This document shows positions 8,830 through 18,411 of a stretch of DNA of 32,000 nucleotides, one piece after another. Position 1 is the first letter of the stretch. The number at the start of each line of letters is the position of its first letter. A program made the position numbers and the translations under genes. This DNA is from Candidatus Saccharimonadota bacterium (GTDB taxonomy: Bacteria; Pseudomonadota; Gammaproteobacteria; Enterobacterales; Enterobacteriaceae): the NCBI GenBank assembly GCA_049942965.1, contig CP188088.1, forward strand, positions 390,001 through 422,000. Direction: 5' to 3'. The notes under the pieces are model-generated. The model had not been told where the DNA came from, did not search any database, and was given only the letters and a program-made list of their open reading frames with translations.

Positions 8830-9999
8830 ATGTTGGAGAAAACTTTGAACAAGTCTGGAATGTTAGTTTTAGAAGATGGATCCGTATTTTACGGTATTTC
8901 AATAGGTGCAATAGGAAAATCTGTAGGAGAAGTTGTGTTTAATACTTCTATGACAGGATACCAAGAAATTCTTACAGATCCATCATATGCTGAACAAATA
9001 ATAACTTTTACTTATCCACATATTGGAAATGTCGGTATTAATAATGATGATTATGAATCTGAAAAAATACATGTTAAAGGAATTATTTTAAGAAACTATT
9101 CTTTTTATTCTAGTCACTATAAAACTCAAACAAATATAGATCAGTATTTAAAAAAAAACAACATTATTGCTATTGCTGACATTGATACCAGAAGATTAAC
9201 TCATATTCTGAGAAACTCAGGATCTAAAAACGGATGTATTTTCGCAACTAATAAAAATGATATTAATAATAATTATAATATCTGTCTGAAAAAAGCAAAA
9301 AAATTCTCAACAATCAAAAAAATAGATATAACTAAAAAAGTTACTACAAAAAAAATATATCATTGGAATATAAATTCTGCTAAAAAACAAGAAACAAAAA
9401 AATCTAAAAAAAAATTTAATGTTATCGTTTATGATTATGGAATTAAAAACAACATATTAAAAATGTTGCATTTTAACAATTGTAATTTAACAATTGTTCC
9501 AGCAAATACAAATTCAAGTTGTGTATTAAAACTCAAACCTGATGGAATTTTTTTTTCTAATGGACCAGGAGATCCAAGATTGTGTAAAAGTTCAATCATT
9601 ACTATTCAATCGCTTTTAAAAACTAATATACCTATGTTTGGAATTTGTTTTGGACATCAATTAATTGCATTATCTATTGGAGCAAAAATTAAAAAAATGA
9701 AATTTGGTCATCATGGAAGCAATCATCCAGTTCAAAACATGAAAACAAAAAAAATAATAATAACATCACAAAATCATGGATTTACTGTAGATCATAAAAA
9801 TATTCCAAAAAAACTAATAATTACACATAGATCTTTGTTTGATAATAGTATTCAAGGTTTATCCATATCTAATAAACCAGTTCTTAGTTTTCAAGGCCAT
9901 CCTGAATCTAATCCAGGACCTCATGATGCATCGTCTTTATTCAGTTCTTTTACAAAATTAATGAAAAAACATAAAAAAATAAAAAATGAGAAAAAATAA
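8830..9999 (+). CDS. carA: Carbamoyl-phosphate synthase small (glutaminase) subunit
   Basis: Contains LVLEDGSVF, VFNTSMTGYQEILTDPSY, the catalytic Cys in GICFGHQL, KFGHHG and FQGHPE. A possible true start is the TTG at 8845, preceded by GGAGA (see findings). Confidence 0.96.
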   Translation: MLEKTLNKSGMLVLEDGSVFYGISIGAIGKSVGEVVFNTSMTGYQEILTDPSYAEQIITFTYPHIGNVGINNDDYESEKIHVKGIILRNYSFYSSHYKTQTNIDQYLKKNNIIAIADIDTRRLTHILRNSGSKNGCIFATNKNDINNNYNICLKKAKKFSTIKKIDITKKVTTKKIYHWNINSAKKQETKKSKKKFNVIVYDYGIKNNILKMLHFNNCNLTIVPANTNSSCVLKLKPDGIFFSNGPGDPRLCKSSIITIQSLLKTNIPMFGICFGHQLIALSIGAKIKKMKFGHHGSNHPVQNMKTKKIIITSQNHGFTVDHKNIPKKLIITHRSLFDNSIQGLSISNKPVLSFQGHPESNPGPHDASSLFSSFTKLMKKHKKIKNEKK

Positions 10000-12900
10000 A
10001 TGCCTAAACGTACTGATATAAAATCAATTTTAATTTTAGGAGCAGGTCCAATAATTATTGGACAAGCTTGTGAATTCGATTATTCAGGAACACAAGCCTG
10101 CAAAGCAATTAAAGAAGAAGGCTATAAAACAATTTTAGTAAATTCAAATCCAGCTACAATAATGACAGACCCTGAAATTTCTGATAAAACATACATTGAA
10201 CCTATTCATTGGAAAATTGTTAAAAAAATAATTGAAAAAGAAAAACCAGATGCTTTACTACCTACTATGGGTGGACAAACCGCTCTGAATTGCACATTAC
10301 AATTACATAAAAAAAATATTTTATCAGAACATAAAGTCGAAATTATAGGTGCAAACATTGAATCTATTAAAAAAGCAGAAAATCGAAAATTATTCGAAAA
10401 GTCAATAAAAAAAATTGGTTTAAATACTGCTCGTTGTGGAATTGCAAAAAATATGAATTCTGCTTATTCAATTCTGGAAAAAATAGGATTTCCATGCATT
10501 ATTAGACCCTCTTTTACAATGGGAGGATCTGGAGGAGGTATTGCTTATAACAAAAAAGAATTTGAAACAATTTGTAGATTGGGATTACAAACTTCTCCTA
10601 ATCAAGAACTTTTAATTGACGAATCTCTGATTGGTTGGAAAGAATACGAAATGGAAGCTATTAGAGACAAAAAAAATAATTGCATTATAGTTTGTTCAAT
10701 TGAGAATTTTGATTCTATGGGTATACATACGGGTGATTCTATTACAGTTGCTCCTGCACAAACTTTAACAGATAAAGAATATCAAAAAATGAGAAATGCT
10801 TCAATAAAAATTCTAAAAGAAATTGGAGTAGAATCAGGAGGATCTAACGTACAATTTTCAATCAATCCCAAAAATGGAAAAATGATTGTTATAGAAATGA
10901 ATCCAAGAGTTTCTCGATCTTCTGCCTTAGCTTCTAAAGCTACTGGATTCCCAATTGCAAAAATTGCAGCAAAATTATCTATTGGATATACTTTAGACGA
11001 AATTAAAAATGATTTAACTGAAATTAATATGCCTGCAGCTTTTGAACCATCTATAGATTATATAGCAACAAAAATTCCTAGATTTGATTTTGAAAAATTT
11101 CCTGGATGTAATGATCGATTAACTACTCAAATGAAATCTGTTGGAGAAGTTATGGCTATAGGTAGATCATTTCAAGAATCTATTCAAAAAGCAATTAGAG
11201 GTTTAGAAATCGATCTTTTTGGATTTGATTCAATAATAGATTCATCTGTTCCAAATTTTTTAAAAATTATTAAACATGAACTAAAAAATCCAGGATCAAA
11301 AAGAATATGGTATATAGCTGATGCATTTAGATATGGAATGTCTATACAAGAAGTTGCAACTTTAACTAATATTGATAAATGGTTTTTAACTCAAATTTAT
11401 GAATTAATAGAAATAGAAAAGAAAATAAAAACAGTAAAATTAGAAAATATTAATTTTGATTTTTTTAAAAACATTAAAAAAAAAGGATTCTCAGATCGAA
11501 GAATATCTATATTGTTAAATACAACAGAATCTGAAATTAGAAAAAAAAGAAATGAAATGAATTTACATCCAGTCTATAAAAGAATAGACTCTTGCTCAGC
11601 TGAATTTACTAGTCAAACAGCATATATGTATTCTACTTGGGAAGAAGAATGCGAATCAAACCCGAAAACTCATCAAAAAAAAATTCTCATATTAGGAAGT
11701 GGACCGAATAGAATTGGACAAGGAATTGAATTTGATTACTGTTGTGTGCATGCTGCACAAGCTTTACAAGAAGAAGGATATCAAGCAATAATGATTAATT
11801 GTAATCCTGAAACAGTATCTACTGATTATGATATATCTAATAGATTATATTTCGAACCAATAACTTTAGAAGATATATTAGAAATAACTAGAATAGAAAA
11901 ACCAAAAGGCATAATCATCCAATATGGTGGACAAACACCACTTCAACTAGCAAATTGTCTTAAGAAAGAAGGAATAAATATAATTGGAACTCAACCAGAA
12001 TCAATTGATATAGCAGAAGATAGAAATAAATTTCAATCAATAGTTACTAAATTAAATTTCAAACAACCAAAAAATAAAACAGTAAAAACAATAGAAGAAG
12101 GATTATTACAATCTAAATTTATTAAATTTCCAATTATGGCCAGACCCTCATATGTATTAGGAGGGAAAAACATGAAAATTATTTATAATAAAAAAGAACT
12201 TCAAAAATATTTTTTTAATATAAAAAAAATCTATAAAAAAGATATTCCAGTACTATTAGATCAATATTTAGAAAATGCAATAGAAATTGATGTAGATGCT
12301 ATATGTGATAGTAATCATGTTCTTATTGGTGGAATTATGGAACACATAGAACAAGCTGGGATTCATTCAGGTGATTCAGCATGTTCTTTACCAACATATA
12401 CTTTAAATCAAAAACAAAAACAAGAAATAAGAATACAAGTAAAAAAATTAGCTTTAGAATTAAATATTGTAGGATTGATAAATATACAATTTGCAGTTAA
12501 AAACAAGAATATATATATATTAGAAGTTAATCCAAGAGCTTCTCGAACAATTCCATTTCTTTCAAAAGCTACAGGATTACCACTGGCTAAAATTGCTTTA
12601 AAAGTAATGTGTGGAGTATCTCTAAAAAAACAAAATCATATAAAAGAAATAAACCCTTCATTTTATTCAGTAAAAGAAGTAACTTTGCCATTTAATAAAT
12701 TTTCTGAAGTAAATCCATTTTTAGGTCCAGAAATGCGTTCTACTGGAGAAGTAATGGGTATTGGAATGAGTTTTGCAGAAGCTTTTTCTAAAGCTATATT
12801 AGCAGCAGAATTTAATATGAAAAAAAAAGGAAAAGTATTAATATCAGTACAAAACTCAGATAAAAAAAGTATAATAAACATTGCAATTAAATTAATTAAT

Positions 12901-13227
12901 TATGGATTTAAATTAGATGCCACTGAAGGTACATCAATTTTTTTAAAAAAACATGGAATATTATCTAGAAAAGTAAAAAAAATTCAAGAAACTAGTCCTA
13001 ATATAAAAAATTATTTAAAAAATAGAGAATACTCTTATATTATAAATACTGCTTCTATGAAAATAGAAAAAAATAACTCAAAAATAATTTTTTATGAAGC
13101 TATAAAACAAAAAATACATTATGATTCTACTATAAATGGAGCTATTGCAACAATCATGTCGTTAAATAAAAGTCCTACTAAATCAGTAATTTCAATACAA
13201 GAACTACATAAAACAATAAAAAAATAA
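10000..13227 (+). CDS. carB: Carbamoyl-phosphate synthase large subunit
   Basis: 1075 aa (E. coli 1073). Begins [30 protein letters not shown] and has the duplicated ATP-grasp halves (second copy [21 protein letters not shown]). The ATG abuts the carA TAA. Confidence 0.98.
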   Translation: MPKRTDIKSILILGAGPIIIGQACEFDYSGTQACKAIKEEGYKTILVNSNPATIMTDPEISDKTYIEPIHWKIVKKIIEKEKPDALLPTMGGQTALNCTLQLHKKNILSEHKVEIIGANIESIKKAENRKLFEKSIKKIGLNTARCGIAKNMNSAYSILEKIGFPCIIRPSFTMGGSGGGIAYNKKEFETICRLGLQTSPNQELLIDESLIGWKEYEMEAIRDKKNNCIIVCSIENFDSMGIHTGDSITVAPAQTLTDKEYQKMRNASIKILKEIGVESGGSNVQFSINPKNGKMIVIEMNPRVSRSSALASKATGFPIAKIAAKLSIGYTLDEIKNDLTEINMPAAFEPSIDYIATKIPRFDFEKFPGCNDRLTTQMKSVGEVMAIGRSFQESIQKAIRGLEIDLFGFDSIIDSSVPNFLKIIKHELKNPGSKRIWYIADAFRYGMSIQEVATLTNIDKWFLTQIYELIEIEKKIKTVKLENINFDFFKNIKKKGFSDRRISILLNTTESEIRKKRNEMNLHPVYKRIDSCSAEFTSQTAYMYSTWEEECESNPKTHQKKILILGSGPNRIGQGIEFDYCCVHAAQALQEEGYQAIMINCNPETVSTDYDISNRLYFEPITLEDILEITRIEKPKGIIIQYGGQTPLQLANCLKKEGINIIGTQPESIDIAEDRNKFQSIVTKLNFKQPKNKTVKTIEEGLLQSKFIKFPIMARPSYVLGGKNMKIIYNKKELQKYFFNIKKIYKKDIPVLLDQYLENAIEIDVDAICDSNHVLIGGIMEHIEQAGIHSGDSACSLPTYTLNQKQKQEIRIQVKKLALELNIVGLINIQFAVKNKNIYILEVNPRASRTIPFLSKATGLPLAKIALKVMCGVSLKKQNHIKEINPSFYSVKEVTLPFNKFSEVNPFLGPEMRSTGEVMGIGMSFAEAFSKAILAAEFNMKKKGKVLISVQNSDKKSIINIAIKLINYGFKLDATEGTSIFLKKHGILSRKVKKIQETSPNIKNYLKNREYSYIINTASMKIEKNNSKIIFYEAIKQKIHYDSTINGAIATIMSLNKSPTKSVISIQELHKTIKK

Positions 13228-13288
13228 AAATAATAAAAATTTTTTAAAATACTGAATATATTTTTTTCCTTAAAAGGAAATTTTAAAA

Positions 13289-13789
13289 ATGCTTATTAGC
13301 ATAATTGCTGCATTATCTAAAAACAATGTAATTGGAAAAAATAATAAACTTCCATGGGATATTATTCCTAATGACTTAAAATGGTTTAAAAAAAATACAA
13401 TAAATAAAAGTATAATCATGGGAAGAAAAACCTGGGATTCCTTAAAAAAACCTCTTCCCATGAGACAAAATATTATTGTTTCTAGAAATATAAAAAAAAA
13501 AAATAACGAACATATTATTTGGGTTAATTCTTTAATTAAAGCTATTCAATCAGCAAAATATAAAAAAGAAATAATGATTATCGGAGGAGGAAATATATAT
13601 CAACAAAGTTTAAAATATGTTAATAGATTATACTTAACACATATTAATAAAAAAATTAAAGGAGATACATATTTTCCAAAATATAGTAATTTACTTTGGA
13701 AAAGAATATATTATAAAAAATATAAAAATTTAATAAATTTAAAGTTGATTAAATATTATTTTGAAATCTTACAAAAAGTAAAAATGTAA
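13289..13789 (+). CDS. folA: Dihydrofolate reductase
   Basis: 166 aa. Contains ISIIAALSKNNVIGKNNKLPW, GRKTWDSL and MIIGGGNIYQ, the DHFR signature blocks. Confidence 0.93.
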   Translation: MLISIIAALSKNNVIGKNNKLPWDIIPNDLKWFKKNTINKSIIMGRKTWDSLKKPLPMRQNIIVSRNIKKKNNEHIIWVNSLIKAIQSAKYKKEIMIIGGGNIYQQSLKYVNRLYLTHINKKIKGDTYFPKYSNLLWKRIYYKKYKNLINLKLIKYYFEILQKVKM

Positions 13790-13794
13790 AAAAA

Positions 13795-14649
13795 TCACCT
13801 GATTAATGTATTTTGTTTTTTTATAGAAAAACATGGAGTTTTAAAATAGAATTCATCTTCTAATCTATACATAGTTAATTTTCCTCCCCAACAACACCCT
13901 GTGTCTAAAGATATTACATTTTTAGGTATATTTTTATTTTTTTTATTTAAAGAAGACCAATGTCCAAAGATAATCTTGTATTTTTTACTAATTTTATTTA
14001 AATTACTAAACCATGGATATAAAAAAGAGCTATTTTTTTTATCTAAATCAGATTTACAAAAAAAATTCAATTTTGCATCATGTTCATAACAGAATCTCAT
14101 TCTAGTAAAAACATTTAAACTGAAAAAAATTTTTTCTGAAAAATTTAAACTATTATTCCAAACATAATGATTATTATCAGGAAATAATCTTAAAAATTTT
14201 AAATAACAGGAACTGGTAGAAAAAATTTGCTCTATTTGTTTAGAATATTTTAAAGCTGTAGCAATATTCCATTTAGGATATATTCCAGCATGAGACAAAA
14301 TTATTTTTTTTTCTTTATCAACATATAAAAACGGATTTGACTTTAACCAATTCATTAATTTACTAACTTCTTGAAATTTTAATAACTTATCAAAATTATC
14401 TGTTTTATTATATTTTTTTTTACAAAAAAATACAGATAACAAATATAAATCGTGATTACCTAATACTACTCTTGCTGATTGTCTAATAGAATATACATAT
14501 TGAAGTACTTCTAAAGAACAGGGTCCTCTTGCAACTAAATCTCCTGTAAAATAAATAATGTCTTTTTTTGGATTAAAATTAGAAATATTTATTAAAAACT
14601 GTAGTTCTTCAAAGCAACCGTGTACATCTCCCACAATATATGTAGCCAT
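13795..14649 (-). CDS. apaH: Bis(5'-nucleosyl)-tetraphosphatase, symmetrical
   Basis: 284 aa. Has the metallophosphatase motifs GDVHGC, GDLVARGP and GNHD. It is adjacent to rsmA and convergent with folA, as in E. coli. Confidence 0.93.
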   Translation of the reverse strand: MATYIVGDVHGCFEELQFLINISNFNPKKDIIYFTGDLVARGPCSLEVLQYVYSIRQSARVVLGNHDLYLLSVFFCKKKYNKTDNFDKLLKFQEVSKLMNWLKSNPFLYVDKEKKIILSHAGIYPKWNIATALKYSKQIEQIFSTSSCYLKFLRLFPDNNHYVWNNSLNFSEKIFFSLNVFTRMRFCYEHDAKLNFFCKSDLDKKNSSFLYPWFSNLNKISKKYKIIFGHWSSLNKKNKNIPKNVISLDTGCCWGGKLTMYRLEDEFYFKTPCFSIKKQNTLIR

Positions 14650-14740
14650 ATCTTTTCTTCATTCTCATATATTTTTTATATTAATAAAAATTGATTTACT
14701 TTTAAAAAAAAGTACTTATTTTTTACTAAAATTTATTTTT

Positions 14741-15565
14741 TTATTTATTTTCATACGAATAAATTTTTTTTTTAAATAAATATTTAGATAAACGACAATA
14801 TTCTAATAAATTTAAATTTTCTGCTCTTGCAAATGGAGAAATGTTCATTTCAAAAAATTCATTTTCCGAAAATAAAATTTTTAAACTATTTTTTATAATT
14901 TTTCTCCTGTTAGAAAAAGCTAATTTAGTAATTATATTCAAATAATAAGTTTCTTTTAAAAAAATTGAAGATAATTTATTAGGAATTAATCTAACAAAAG
15001 AAGAATTTACTTTAGGAATAGGAAAAAAAGATTTAGGGGGAATATCAAAAAATGATTTAACATTAAAATGATATTGAATTAAAACACTCAAACGACCATA
15101 TTCTTTTGTATCTGGAGTAGCACAAAAACGTTTTACTACTTCTTTCTGTAATAAAAAATGTAAATCAGAAAAAATATCTTTAAAAAGTATTAAATAAAAA
15201 ATTATTTTACTAGAAATATTATAAGGTAAATTTCCAAATATTCTTATTTTTTTATTACTAGAAACAAAGGTTCTAAAATTAAATTTTAGAATGTCTTGTA
15301 AAAATATTTTAATTTTTTTATTAATTATGTTTTTTTTTAAAAAATTCACTAAATTTTCATCTATTTCTATAACTGACAAATTATCAGTTAGTAATAAAAT
15401 AGGTTTAGTTAAAGCTCCCATTCCAGGACCTATTTCAAACATAATTTCTTCACGTTTAGGATTGATAATCCTAATAATGTTTTTAATAAAAAAATTGTCT
15501 ACAAGAAAATGTTGTCCTAAACTTTTAGATATTCTATGACCGAAATAATTTTGTTCATTTTTCAT
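14741..15565 (-). CDS. rsmA: 16S rRNA (adenine1518/1519-N6)-dimethyltransferase
   Basis: 274 aa. Contains SLGQHFL, the SAM-binding EIGPGMGALT and NLPYNISS. This is the KsgA/RsmA family, in the conserved ksgA-apaH arrangement. Confidence 0.94.
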   Translation of the reverse strand: MKNEQNYFGHRISKSLGQHFLVDNFFIKNIIRIINPKREEIMFEIGPGMGALTKPILLLTDNLSVIEIDENLVNFLKKNIINKKIKIFLQDILKFNFRTFVSSNKKIRIFGNLPYNISSKIIFYLILFKDIFSDLHFLLQKEVVKRFCATPDTKEYGRLSVLIQYHFNVKSFFDIPPKSFFPIPKVNSSFVRLIPNKLSSIFLKETYYLNIITKLAFSNRRKIIKNSLKILFSENEFFEMNISPFARAENLNLLEYCRLSKYLFKKKIYSYENK

Positions 15566-16092
15566 CGTTTTTATGTTATTAAATTTTAATCAAAATTCTT
15601 ATTGATAGATTTGAATTTAAAAATTTTATCTCTGAAATTCTTTAAAAAAAATTTTTTTATATACATACATTAAAAATGTATTTATAATCTGTTCAAAAAA
15701 CAATGATTTAATTTTAAAAAAATATAAAAATATATTTAAAAAAACAAAAAATTAGATAAATATTTTCAATATTGAAATTTAAATTTTAATTATTCTGATC
15801 GTTCAATAATAAATATGTATTATACATATATTTAAAAACAACTCATTAATAATTTAATAACATATAAAAGTAAATTTTTACTGAAAAAATATTTTCTAAT
15901 AAAATTATTTATAAAGTTTTTAAAATATTTCTATATTGAAAAACGTAATATCAAAAAATTTTAATAATTCAATTGTATAAAAATATTTATACACAAGAAT
16001 TTTTAAAATACTTAAAAAACCTTTTTTTATACAAATTAACTTTTATAAAAAAAATTAAAAAATTATACTATTTATTATAATAACGAGAAACT

Positions 16093-16848
16093 ATGGAATT
16101 TTTATCAAATTATATACTTGCAATAAACCCAAAATATTTATTATTTATAATAGCAATTGTATCATTCTTTGAATCTCTTGCTTTGATTAGTTTAATTTTA
16201 CCTGGGATAGTATTAATGTCATTACTTGGAACATTCATAGGAAACGGAAAAATAAATTTTTATTCTGCTTGGATATTCGGATTTATAGGATGTATATCCG
16301 GGGACTGGCTCTCTTATTACATTGGATACAAATTTCAGAATCAAATTTATAATTTAAAAATACTTAAAAATAATTCTTTTTTAATAGACAAAACAAAACA
16401 AGCAATTTTAAAATATTGTTTTATAACAATATTCATTGGAAAATTTATTGGACCTATTAAACCATTTATTCCAATAATAACTGGAACTTTAAAATTACCA
16501 ATAAAAAAAATTATTTTACCAAATCTACTTGGATGTTTACTTTGGCCGCCATTATATCTTATTCCAGGAATCTTTACAGAAATTATTATTAGCAGTAAAA
16601 ATAATATAATTAAAAAAAATTTAATAAATGTTAAATTAATATATTATATACTTTTATTTATAGTAGTTCTCTTTTCCATATTTACTTTATTGAAATACAT
16701 AAAAAAAAAATTTCACGATAAACCAATCAATACTAAAAAAGAACATTTGTTAAAAATTTATCAATTTTATACCAGTAAAAATTTTAATTTTTCATTAATA
16801 ATTAAAATATTTAAAAAATATTTTTATTTTAAATTTTTGTCTTTGTAA
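16093..16848 (+). CDS. yabI: DedA-family inner-membrane protein (YabI-like)
   Basis: 251-aa polytopic membrane protein with the DedA core (FFESLALISLILPG...GDWLSYYIGYKF...GKFIGPIKPFIPIITG). Its size is close to E. coli YabI, and it is in the position I recall for Buchnera yabI. Confidence 0.75.
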   Translation: MEFLSNYILAINPKYLLFIIAIVSFFESLALISLILPGIVLMSLLGTFIGNGKINFYSAWIFGFIGCISGDWLSYYIGYKFQNQIYNLKILKNNSFLIDKTKQAILKYCFITIFIGKFIGPIKPFIPIITGTLKLPIKKIILPNLLGCLLWPPLYLIPGIFTEIIISSKNNIIKKNLINVKLIYYILLFIVVLFSIFTLLKYIKKKFHDKPINTKKEHLLKIYQFYTSKNFNFSLIIKIFKKYFYFKFLSL

Positions 16849-16853
16849 TTAAG

Positions 16854-16905
16854 ATTGTTACTGAATCTGTTGTTTAGAATTTACAGTAACAATTTTATTT
16901 TTTTT
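16854..16905 (+). terminator. Rho-independent terminator downstream of the dedA/yabI-like gene
   Basis: Perfect 10-bp stem ATTGTTACTG (16854-16863) / CAGTAACAAT (16884-16893) with a 20-nt loop, followed by TTTATTTTTTTT. Confidence 0.7.
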
Positions 16906-16961
16906 AAATAAATTCTAAAAAAATAATTTTAAAAAAAAACTATTTGTCAAAAAATAAAAAA

Positions 16962-17249
16962 TTAGTTTTTAAACTTAAAATCTATATGTAAAATTTTTGT
17001 TTTAAAAACATGCCAATCTAATTTTTTTATTTTTACTACATATTCTTTGTCTTCTATAATTAATAAAACATCTTTTTTATGAAAATTTTTAATTTTAAAA
17101 AAATTTATAAATTTGTCATGTTCTATTTCAATTCCAAGATTTTTCTTATTTTTACCATAAATTATAGCTGGTAACTTATTATTTTTTCTTATTCTTCGAC
17201 TCATTTTACTACCAAAGTTTTTTCTAATTGTTGCTATGATTTTAATCAT
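16962..17249 (-). CDS. rplY: 50S ribosomal protein L25
   Basis: 95 aa (E. coli 94). Contains SRRIRKNNKLPAIIYG...IEHDKF...HIDF, which matches L25 (ASRRLRAANKFPAIIYG...LDHDK...HIDF). Confidence 0.92.
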   Translation of the reverse strand: MIKIIATIRKNFGSKMSRRIRKNNKLPAIIYGKNKKNLGIEIEHDKFINFFKIKNFHKKDVLLIIEDKEYVVKIKKLDWHVFKTKILHIDFKFKN

Positions 17250-17324
17250 AAACTAAAATCCTTTATCCAAATAAATGAATTTAAAAAAACTAATAAATAT
17301 TGATTTCACTACAAAAAATGTAAA

Positions 17325-18176
17325 TTACATTTTTAAACAATTTATAGAACGTAACCAAGATATTTCTTTTAACCAACAATCATGATTAGGAGTTTCTAAT
17401 ATTAAAGGAATATTAAAAAATCTATGATCTTTCATCATATATAAAAAACATTCCAAACCTATATGTCCTATCCCTAAATTTTCGTGTCTATCAACACGAC
17501 TATTTAGTTTGTTTTTGGAATCATTTAAATGAATTGCACGTAAAAATTGAAATCCTACGATTTTTTCAAATTTTTTAAAAGTAGCATCAACCGATTCTTT
17601 TGTTCTTAACTCATATCCTGAAGCAAACAAATGACATGTATCTAAACAAACGCCAACTCTTGATTTATTTTTAACTCTATCTATGATCTTTGCTAAATGT
17701 TCAAAACAATATCCAATACTACTGCCTTGACCTGCAGTATTTTCAATTACTAAAATAATTTTTTTTGTATTTTTTATAACTATATTAATAGAATCTGAAA
17801 CATTTTGTAAACATAAATCTTCATTAATTTTATATAAATGATTTCCCGGATGAAAATTTATAAAACGTAAATTTAATAGTTCACATCTTTTAATTTCTTC
17901 TAAAAAATATAATCGTGATTTTTTTAGACAATCTTTATCAGGATGTCCAAGATTAATTAAATAACTAGCATGAGGCAAAATAAAATCATAAGAAAAATTA
18001 TGTTTTCTGCATAAATTCTTAAAATTATTAATTTCATCAATCGTTAATAATAAGGATTTCCAACGCCTTTGATTTTTAGTAAAAAAAGAAAATGCATTTG
18101 CTTTAATATTAGAAGCACGAATAACAGCTTGACCTACACCACCCAAAGCACTTACATGAGCACCTATATATTGCAT
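17325..18176 (-). CDS. nfo: Endonuclease IV (AP endonuclease)
   Basis: 283 aa (E. coli 285). Begins MQYIGAHVSALGG and contains FFTKNQRRW, NFHPG, VIENTAGQGS, CLDTCH, IHLNDSK and DRHENLG, which hold the metal-ligand motifs of the Nfo family. Confidence 0.95.
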   Translation of the reverse strand: MQYIGAHVSALGGVGQAVIRASNIKANAFSFFTKNQRRWKSLLLTIDEINNFKNLCRKHNFSYDFILPHASYLINLGHPDKDCLKKSRLYFLEEIKRCELLNLRFINFHPGNHLYKINEDLCLQNVSDSINIVIKNTKKIILVIENTAGQGSSIGYCFEHLAKIIDRVKNKSRVGVCLDTCHLFASGYELRTKESVDATFKKFEKIVGFQFLRAIHLNDSKNKLNSRVDRHENLGIGHIGLECFLYMMKDHRFFNIPLILETPNHDCWLKEISWLRSINCLKM

Positions 18177-18411
18177 TTAACAATTCCCATACATAAAATA
18201 AAATTTTTATATAATTTTTAAAAAATAACTTTTCCTAAAATAATTTTTAAAATTATATGAATATGAATTACTTTTTTCGAAATACTAAGTATAATCTATT
18301 TAAAAAATATATTTTTTTAATTATTAATCTAAAAATAATTAATTTTTAATAAAAAATTCTTTTTAATAATTTTAAACTTATATAAATAAAAATAAAACAC
18401 TCACTAAACAC

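Noticed and set aside
12663-12881. A 72-aa minus-strand ORF lies inside carB.
   Set aside because: It is antisense to a highly conserved part of carB and has no independent support.
13265-13284. The hairpin TTTCCT-taaa-AGGAAA followed by TTTT, between carB and folA, could be a terminator or could sequester the folA Shine-Dalgarno.
   Set aside because: A 6-bp stem with two G:C pairs is about what chance predicts once per window. It is plausible but not supportable from sequence alone.
13270-13461. A 63-aa minus-strand ORF overlaps the folA 5' end.
   Set aside because: It is antisense to folA, hydrophobic and low-complexity, and has no homology that I can recognise.
13901-14779. Plus-strand ORFs of 62 aa (13901-14089) and 73 aa (14558-14779) lie opposite apaH and the apaH-rsmA junction.
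   Set aside because: They are antisense to conserved genes, and their poly-Phe/Leu/Ile composition derives from the A-rich coding strand opposite.
15291-15539. An 82-aa plus-strand ORF lies inside rsmA/ksgA.
   Set aside because: It is antisense to the SAM-binding region of rsmA and has no motifs.
15763-15776. A 14-bp perfect palindrome, TTTCAATATTGAAA, lies in the rsmA / yabI-like spacer, with a similar motif about 160 bp downstream.
   Set aside because: Seven A/T-dominated pairs are expected by chance many times per window, and the second copy is only approximate.
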